From assembly GCF_016127575.1 (NCBI RefSeq), contig NZ_CP066018.1:3510001-3542000 (forward strand): a stretch of 32,000 nt of DNA, read 5' to 3'. The translations under genes and the position numbers were made by a program. Numbering within the stretch: the stretch's first letter is position 1; each line of letters starts with the position of its first letter. Origin of the DNA: Cupriavidus necator. GTDB taxonomy: Bacteria > Pseudomonadota > Gammaproteobacteria > Burkholderiales > Burkholderiaceae. The notes below the pieces were generated by a model, which was not told where the DNA came from, searched no databases, and worked only from the letters and a program-made list of their open reading frames with translations. Shown here one piece after another: positions 19,938 to 26,099 of the stretch.

Positions 19938-20142
19938 ATGGACTCTATGATCATTTCCGCATCGGTGGCACTGGGCATCGGCCTGGCGATCGGGCTGGAG
20001 CGCGAGCGCAGCCAGGCCGCCGCCGGGAAAGATCGTGGCATCCGCGGCGGGCGGCCTGCGCTTCACCGTGCCGGTCGCGATCGGATTGGTGCTGTCGACC
20101 AGCGCCACCTGGGCAGTGGCCTGGCTGCAGCGCTTGGATTGA
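19938..20142 (+). pseudogene. Frameshifted, truncated N-terminal remnant of an MgtC/SapB- or DUF4010-type membrane protein gene
   Basis: ATG 19938 gives MDSMIISASVALGIGLAIGLERERSQAAAGK, which carries the GLERE motif of the MgtC N-terminal domain. The expected continuation (AAGGLRFTVPVAIGLVLSTSATWAVAWLQRLD*) is in the +1 frame from about 20044 and stops at 20140-20142. At most about 65 codons of a normally 150-430 aa protein remain. Confidence 0.35.
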
Positions 20143-20211
20143 GGCAGCATGCATGGTCGGCTACCATCAGCGCGGCGCGGTCCGGATTCCCCTGGCGCGC
20201 ATTGTCGGACG

Positions 20212-21864
20212 ATGACTACGATGCCCCTTGTACGCGTGCTCGCGATCGGTCTGCTGATAGGTTTGCTGGCGGGATGCGATTTCCTGCGCGGCTACGCTGA
20301 GGGCGAATCCGAGGTCATGCGGGACTTCCGGGCCGGGGATCGTGCCGATGACCTCGGGGCGGCGCGCTTTGTCTTCGATGACTTCGGCGGCCTGAGCACC
20401 GATACCCTTGAGACCAATGCGCTACCGTGGAAGCTGGCAACGACCGCACTGCTGCTGGCCGGCGGCCCCAACGTTCCGGTCACTCAGGACGCCTTGCGCC
20501 GGGCCCTGCGCGAGTTTGGCTTCATCTATCCCGATGCGATCCGCAACTGGCCGCGCCAGCAACAGCCCAGGTTCGACAAGCCCCTGGGCGTGGTCAGCGG
20601 AGTGATCGGCCGGGATCTCCCGAAGATCCGCCTGGAAGTGTCCAACCTGGGATGCGCATCGTGCCATGCGGGCATCACCTACGACATGGACGGGCGTCCC
20701 ACCAACGATGTCTGGCTGGGCCTGCCGAATACCTCCCTCAACCTCGATGCCTTCGTCACCGCGGTCTATCAGGCGGTGAAGCAGGTGAAATCCGATCCGG
20801 AAAAGCTCCTCTCCGCCATCCACCAGCTTTACCCCGAAACCAGCAACGAGGAACTGGATACCATCCGGAAATTCGTCTGGCCGCGGCTGGTAAAACGGGT
20901 GGCGGAACTCGAAGCCAGCGGTGACGAGCCGCTGCCGTTCAGCAACGGCGCGGCCGGCAGCACCAATGGGGTCGCGGCACTCAAGTTCCAGTTTCATCTG
21001 CTCTCGGCGGGCACGGCCGCCAGTGGTTCCACCTCGATTCCGGAACTGGGCTACCGCAGCCTGCGCTCATCGCTGCTCTATGACGGCGTCTATACCAGCA
21101 AGGGCGCGCCGCGCTTTGCGCCAGTGGCACCCGGTGCCGCCAACGATGCCGGGCGGCTGGCGCATATCGTGGCCTTCTTCACCGTGCCGACCATGGGCAT
21201 GCCACCGGATCGCGCCGTCCGTGCGATTCCGCAGGTGGAAGACGTCATGCGGTTCATGGCGGGCTACACCCCGCCGCCGTTTCCGGGGCCGGTTGACCGC
21301 TCCCGCGCCGCGCGCGGCCGCGCCGTCTTTGATGCCAACTGCGCCCAGTGCCATGGCAGCTACAGCCAGGACCCAGAGCGCCCGCGCCTTGTCAGCTTCC
21401 CCAACCGGCTGGTGGCACAGGCGGATATCGGGACTGACCCGACGCGCTGGCAAGCAATCGATCCCGGCCTGCTGCAAGCCATCTCGCGCTCCGAGCTGGG
21501 CAGGCATATCGACGCGGCAAACACCAGTGGCTATGTCGCGCCCATCCTCTCCGGCGTGTGGGCGACGGCACCATACCTTCATAACGGCTCCGTGCCCACG
21601 CTCTGGCATCTCATGCATCCGCAGGCGCGGCCCAGGCGCTTCTGGGTCGGAGGCCATGCCCTGGACTACGACAAGCTGGGCATCGCCGGCAGGCTCGATG
21701 CGGCCGGTACCTGGACCTATCCGGCCAGCTACCGGCCGTGGTCGAAACCCGTGCTCTACGACACGGCGACGGCGGGGCGCGACAACCGCGGCCACGAGAA
21801 GGAATTCTCGACCCTTGCCGAAAGCGACAAGGATGCGCTGCTGGAATTCCTGAAATTGCTCTAG
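20212..21864 (+). CDS. Di-haem c-type cytochrome lipoprotein, CCP/MauG/RoxA-like C-terminal domain, 550 aa
   Basis: Lipoprotein signal MTTMPLVRVLAIGLLIGLLAG|C (lipobox LLAGC). There are two haem c sites, CASCHAG and CAQCHGS. The distal-ligand region SGVWATAPYLHNGSVPTLWHLM and the tail GHEKEF...LLEFLKLL resemble di-haem peroxidase-like oxidoreductases. The start could also be the Met at 20221. Confidence 0.7.
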   Translation: MTTMPLVRVLAIGLLIGLLAGCDFLRGYAEGESEVMRDFRAGDRADDLGAARFVFDDFGGLSTDTLETNALPWKLATTALLLAGGPNVPVTQDALRRALREFGFIYPDAIRNWPRQQQPRFDKPLGVVSGVIGRDLPKIRLEVSNLGCASCHAGITYDMDGRPTNDVWLGLPNTSLNLDAFVTAVYQAVKQVKSDPEKLLSAIHQLYPETSNEELDTIRKFVWPRLVKRVAELEASGDEPLPFSNGAAGSTNGVAALKFQFHLLSAGTAASGSTSIPELGYRSLRSSLLYDGVYTSKGAPRFAPVAPGAANDAGRLAHIVAFFTVPTMGMPPDRAVRAIPQVEDVMRFMAGYTPPPFPGPVDRSRAARGRAVFDANCAQCHGSYSQDPERPRLVSFPNRLVAQADIGTDPTRWQAIDPGLLQAISRSELGRHIDAANTSGYVAPILSGVWATAPYLHNGSVPTLWHLMHPQARPRRFWVGGHALDYDKLGIAGRLDAAGTWTYPASYRPWSKPVLYDTATAGRDNRGHEKEFSTLAESDKDALLEFLKLL

Positions 21865-21870
21865 CTGCCG

Positions 21871-22878
21871 TCAGGAATCCTGCAGCAGTTCCGCGACTGG
21901 GAGCCGGGCGCTTTGCGCAATGCCACGGTCCGGCACCGGCCCGAAGCGCATCACATTGACGAGCCGATTCCCCCGCGGCAAGCGCTGGCTTTCGGCAAGC
22001 ATGGCGGCATGGCCAGGTGAATCGGCCAGTGCCGACATCGGCACGCCGGCAAAGCCCCTGGCAGTCATGGCCAGCCAGAACCGGTACCAGCGGCGCCCGA
22101 TATCAAAGCTCGTGACCTCGGGTGCGGCATGGATCAGGACGATCCGCGCCGCGCTTTTCACTTTTGCGCTTTCCGATGTCAGCAGGCGGGTCAGCGAAAG
22201 CGCCGAGAGCAGCCGGAGCACACGAGGTCTCAGCGCAATTGACGCGCCCCAGGCTTCCCACCGCGACAGTGCCATGCATTCGGCCGAAAGCCCGTCGCGC
22301 GGCCAGCCTGGATCGTGCGGTGACAAGCGCAGCCAGTGGTAAAGCTCCTCGGCAAACCGCGGGTCATTCAATCCCGCAGCCGCGGCGTCGTCATACCATC
22401 TGGCGATTTGCGCCGTGCTGTTCTCGCTGGCCAGCGTGACGAACTCCGCGTGGGCCGCAGCGCATTCGCCCAACGACCTGATCTGCGCCGGGGTCGCACG
22501 GAGAAACTTGCCTCGATAGGCGCGGCGCGCGTCCACGAAGGCGGCAAGGGGATCCGGGCTTGCGCCAGATGTGATCAGGCCGGATGCGGCCGGGCGCAGA
22601 CCCTGGGCAGCGGGAGGGTAGGGCAGGCCGGAGACCACGGGCTGCGTGAGCCCCAACCCGAGCGTCGACAACGCCATGGCCATGCCTTCCCAGGCCATGC
22701 CCAGGGCGATCTGGTTGTCCCGCCCGGTGGGGTCGCCCACGGACAGCCATCGCGCAGGGTCTTCAAGCAGTTCAACCTTGTCGCCGGCAAAGCGCCAGCG
22801 CGCGGGCTGGATATTGTGCGCGCTGGGAGCGCGGCCAGCCTGTGCAAGCAGGGTGAGATGCTGATCGCGCGTGAGCAT
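21871..22878 (-). CDS. Nitroreductase-superfamily protein, Acg-like two-lobed type, 335 aa (cassette gene 5)
   Basis: ATG at 22878 (MLTRDQHLTLLAQAGRAPSAHNIQPARWRF). RAPSxHNxQP(W/A)RF is the N-terminal flavin-site motif of nitroreductase-fold proteins, and the roughly 330 aa length fits the Acg-type duplicated fold. The start lies 4 nt after the upstream stop. The track ORF is 74 codons over-extended. Confidence 0.7.
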   Translation of the reverse strand: MLTRDQHLTLLAQAGRAPSAHNIQPARWRFAGDKVELLEDPARWLSVGDPTGRDNQIALGMAWEGMAMALSTLGLGLTQPVVSGLPYPPAAQGLRPAASGLITSGASPDPLAAFVDARRAYRGKFLRATPAQIRSLGECAAAHAEFVTLASENSTAQIARWYDDAAAAGLNDPRFAEELYHWLRLSPHDPGWPRDGLSAECMALSRWEAWGASIALRPRVLRLLSALSLTRLLTSESAKVKSAARIVLIHAAPEVTSFDIGRRWYRFWLAMTARGFAGVPMSALADSPGHAAMLAESQRLPRGNRLVNVMRFGPVPDRGIAQSARLPVAELLQDS

Positions 22879-22882
22879 GTCG

Positions 22883-23992
22883 CTAGATGGCCTTTTTGAA
22901 GAGATGCAGCCGATGCAGTGGCCTGGCGCCCATCTTCTCCATTTGCTTCTGGCTGGCGCCATTCGAATCCGACACCCAGCTGATGCCCAGGTGCGAGTAC
23001 CCGGCACCGCGCATCGCCGTGAGCAGATGGTGCAGCATGACGCCGTTGACGCCGCGGCTGTGGTAGTCCCTGCGCACGGAAAAGAAGATGATCGCCGCAC
23101 GCTTGCGGCTGGCGCGGAACCTGATCAGATGCCAGAGCGTGGACAGCTTCAGGCGGAAGCCGGTGGCGCGCAGAAACGGGTTGAGATCCGGCACGCACAG
23201 CAGCACCCCGACCGGCTCCCCGTTGAAATAAGCGGTATAGGACAGCCGCTCGTCGATGATCCACATCATGCCGGCGCAGGGAAACAGGAATTCCTCCTCC
23301 GTCAGCGGCACGAACATCGGGTTGCCGGAGAAACCATCGTTCAGGACAGCGCATGCCTCCAGCAGGCGCCGGTCAAAGCCGCGTCGCCGGATCGGCTTGA
23401 ATTGCCAGGCGGGATCATCCAGCAGCGCGCGTTGCTTGTTGCCGATCAACTGCTGCGGATCGTAGCTGCGCACGTCGAGCTCGAACGTGCGCATCGGAAA
23501 GAACGGCTCGAAGCCGCATGCCCGGAGCAGCCTGGCAATATGCGGCGGCGTGTATTCCTGGTAGGTGTATGGCGGATGCTCGAAGCCCTCGGTGACGATG
23601 CCGATCATCTGCGTGATCGTCAGGTTGAAGCTGCCAGCCAGTTCGTCACAGCCGTTGCGCTTCACCCAGGCCGCCGCCGCGTCGAGCAGCGCTTGCGCGA
23701 CCTCCACGTCATCGACGCAGTCGAACATGCCGAAGCAGCCGCGCTTCTGAGCGTATTGCTGGTTGGATGCATCGTGGATATGGGCCAGGATACGGCCCAC
23801 GATCCGCCCGTCCCGATGGGCGGTGAACCAGGTGCGGCGCGCAAACTGCCGGAACAGCGGGTTCTTCGCCGGGTCCAGCGCGCGCGCAAGATCCCCCTTC
23901 ATCGGCGAGACAAAATGCGTATCGCGGCCATAGCAGGCAAACGGCGCCTCGAAGAACGCGTCGAAATCGCCTTCACGCAGCACGGTTGTCAT
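22883..23992 (-). CDS. Large GNAT-fold N-acyltransferase-like protein, 369 aa (cassette gene 4)
   Basis: GGGAGG SD 4 nt before ATG 23992, and ATGA overlap with the upstream stop. The N-terminal half (DPAKNPLF...AHRDGRIVGRILAHI...GCFGMFDCVDD...EGFEHPPYTYQEYTPPHIARLL) matches a widespread family of about 380 aa annotated only as GNAT acetyltransferases. The C-terminal GNAT core is VRRDYHSRGVNGVMLHHLL...ISWVSDSNGASQKQMEKMGA. Confidence 0.7.
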   Translation of the reverse strand: MTTVLREGDFDAFFEAPFACYGRDTHFVSPMKGDLARALDPAKNPLFRQFARRTWFTAHRDGRIVGRILAHIHDASNQQYAQKRGCFGMFDCVDDVEVAQALLDAAAAWVKRNGCDELAGSFNLTITQMIGIVTEGFEHPPYTYQEYTPPHIARLLRACGFEPFFPMRTFELDVRSYDPQQLIGNKQRALLDDPAWQFKPIRRRGFDRRLLEACAVLNDGFSGNPMFVPLTEEEFLFPCAGMMWIIDERLSYTAYFNGEPVGVLLCVPDLNPFLRATGFRLKLSTLWHLIRFRASRKRAAIIFFSVRRDYHSRGVNGVMLHHLLTAMRGAGYSHLGISWVSDSNGASQKQMEKMGARPLHRLHLFKKAI

Positions 23993-25212
23993 GCCGCCTC
24001 CCGCTGCCCGAGATGGCGCGCCAGCCGCAGGATCACCGCCGCGCGCAGCTCGCCGATCGCCGCGTTGGCGCCTTGCGGCAGGTTCAGCAACACCACCTGC
24101 GCGGGCTGGCGCGCGATCAGCAGGGCATGGGTCATTTCATGGCGCTCGAGCAGGTCTACCAGCTGTTCCGCGGCCTCGACCCGATCGCCTTCCCGGATCC
24201 TGGTCCACGCCCTGGCGTCGCCGATCGACACGGGCTCCCGCCGCTTTCCGGCCAGGTCGAACAGCGCGTCGAGGGCGTAATCAGCAAGCTCCGTGTTGCC
24301 GAGCACCACATGGTCGGCGGTTTGCGGCAGGCGCCTGAGCGAATGCAGGAAACCCTCTGGCGTATCCAGCCGGGCATGGAGCAGCCAGCGCAGGAACGCG
24401 TTGCCATCACCGGCCAGCGAAACGGCGCGAATGCGGACAAAAATGGCCGTCAGCAGCACCCATGCAATGGCAACCGGCATGCTGCGCAGGCCCGCCTCGG
24501 CAAAGCCCGGGCCGGGCCCGCGCGAAGCCAGCGCCATCACGCTGGCCAGCACGACGGCGAAGAGCAGGGCGGCTGCGATATGCACCAGCAGCCCGCGCAC
24601 GACCCGCCGCGATTCCGACAGGTTCAGGAACACATAGACGAATGCCAGCGCCCCGAGCGCCCCCAGGCGAACCGGCACATGGCCGAGCTCCTCGCGGAAG
24701 TCGGTGGCCGCGAGCGGGACGGCCAGGGCCACGACCACCACTACCGCCCGGGCCAGGCGTGCCTCGTTGTCGGACAGCTCGGCATCGCGCAGCCACAGCA
24801 GGAACCAGCCATTGCTTGCGGTCACCACGGCGAAGCAGCCAAGGAACATCAGCAGCAGCGGCGTATTGCCCGACAGATCGGTAAAGAGATTGATGACGAA
24901 GAACACCACCGACACGCCCAGCGCCAGCAGCTTAAGCCACAACGGGTGGTGGCGCCGCACCAGGTGCTCGGCAAACAGGGTCATGGCAATGGGCAACAGG
25001 GTTGCCGCTGCAAACACCAGTTGCGCCAGCAGCGTGCCGCCAATCAGCCAGGAAAAGCCCCGGACTGCCAGCAGTGCCGTCAGCACCCCGAACAGGAACA
25101 GGCCCGTGCCGGCCCCGGCCTCGCGCCGGGACCAAAGGAAATGCAGGCAGAGCCCGCAGCCCACCGCGCCGAGCCAGGTAACGGCGACATCGCTTGCCAG
25201 GGCGTCAATCAC
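23989..25212 (-). CDS. Polytopic membrane protein (about 8-9 hydrophobic helices) with a soluble C-terminal domain of about 150 aa, unknown family, 407 aa (cassette gene 3)
   Basis: I prefer GTG at 25212 because it forms a GTGA overlap with the ThiF-like stop and has a GAGGA SD 6 nt upstream. The TTG at 25218 in the track has no spacer to that SD. Residues 1 to about 260 are successive hydrophobic helices. Residues about 260-407 are charged or amphipathic (..LDTPEGFLHSLRRLPQTADHVVLGNTELADYALDALFDL..) with no motif I recognise. Confidence 0.65.
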   Translation of the reverse strand: MIDALASDVAVTWLGAVGCGLCLHFLWSRREAGAGTGLFLFGVLTALLAVRGFSWLIGGTLLAQLVFAAATLLPIAMTLFAEHLVRRHHPLWLKLLALGVSVVFFVINLFTDLSGNTPLLLMFLGCFAVVTASNGWFLLWLRDAELSDNEARLARAVVVVVALAVPLAATDFREELGHVPVRLGALGALAFVYVFLNLSESRRVVRGLLVHIAAALLFAVVLASVMALASRGPGPGFAEAGLRSMPVAIAWVLLTAIFVRIRAVSLAGDGNAFLRWLLHARLDTPEGFLHSLRRLPQTADHVVLGNTELADYALDALFDLAGKRREPVSIGDARAWTRIREGDRVEAAEQLVDLLERHEMTHALLIARQPAQVVLLNLPQGANAAIGELRAAVILRLARHLGQREAA

Positions 25213-26099
25213 GCGCAATCCTCATCTCGCATCAACCTCGCCATGAAGCGCCGTACCAGCGCGCGCACGGCCCATGCCGTCAGCGCATTGCGCGGCGTCT
25301 CGACACGCATGGTCCAGGGATTGAAGAAGTAGCCGCGCACACCGGCCAGCCGCCGCCGACCGAGCACCAGCTTGATCACCTCGAACGCCATCAGGTTGCC
25401 GGTGGTGATCACCATCGGCGCAAACGACATGCGCTTGCGCTTGCCGGTCAGCAGGTCCTTGGCGATGCCGAGCTCCACATGCCGGACCGAACTCGAGTTG
25501 ACCATCACATATTCCAGTTCCTTGCCCAGGCATTCCTGCCTGAGCTCCGGCGTCAGGGACTTCCAGTCAATGCCGGCCGTGGGATAGGAAAGACGCTCCT
25601 CGGGCCTGGGATCTTGCGGACGGACAACCGTGACGGAGGGCAGGGGAGCGGTATAGGCGTCGATGACGGTCGCACCATGCTCCCGCGCCTTGCGATAGAG
25701 CGCGAGGCCCGCGGCCATGTCATCCATGCCGTTGACCACGATCTTGTAGCGGCCCAGCAGGTCGTCGAGCCTGTCGGTCCACTCGGCGCCGAAGGTCTCG
25801 ATGGCAAGTTCCGGGTTGATGCGCCGGATCTGCGCCACGGTGGCCTCGACCTTGTTCACGCCAACGGTATCCAGGCTGGCAAACACCTGGCGGTTCAGGT
25901 TCGACACGTCGAACGCATCGAAGTCCGCCAGCGCAAAGCCGCCAATGCCCACCCGTGCCAGCGCCTGCAGGCAGGCGCCGCCCATGCCGCCGACGCCACA
26001 GATCAGCACCCGTGCATTGCGCAATTGCTGCTGTTCCGCGTCGGTCACGAAACCGATGTTGCGGGTCGTGAATTCCTCGTAGGAGAACGGTGGAATCAT
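25209..26099 (-). CDS. ThiF/MoeB/HesA-family (E1-like) adenylyltransferase, 296 aa (cassette gene 2)
   Basis: ATGA overlap with the upstream stop and an AGGAAG SD. Motifs present are the Rossmann ATP loop VLICGVGGMGG, the E1 signature LADFDAFDVSNLNRQ, VGVNKVEA, the Mg/adenylate Asp region VVNGMDDM, and the late helix FAPMVITTGNLMAFEVIKLVLG. There are no CxxC zinc motifs. Confidence 0.85.
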   Translation of the reverse strand: MIPPFSYEEFTTRNIGFVTDAEQQQLRNARVLICGVGGMGGACLQALARVGIGGFALADFDAFDVSNLNRQVFASLDTVGVNKVEATVAQIRRINPELAIETFGAEWTDRLDDLLGRYKIVVNGMDDMAAGLALYRKAREHGATVIDAYTAPLPSVTVVRPQDPRPEERLSYPTAGIDWKSLTPELRQECLGKELEYVMVNSSSVRHVELGIAKDLLTGKRKRMSFAPMVITTGNLMAFEVIKLVLGRRRLAGVRGYFFNPWTMRVETPRNALTAWAVRALVRRFMARLMRDEDCA

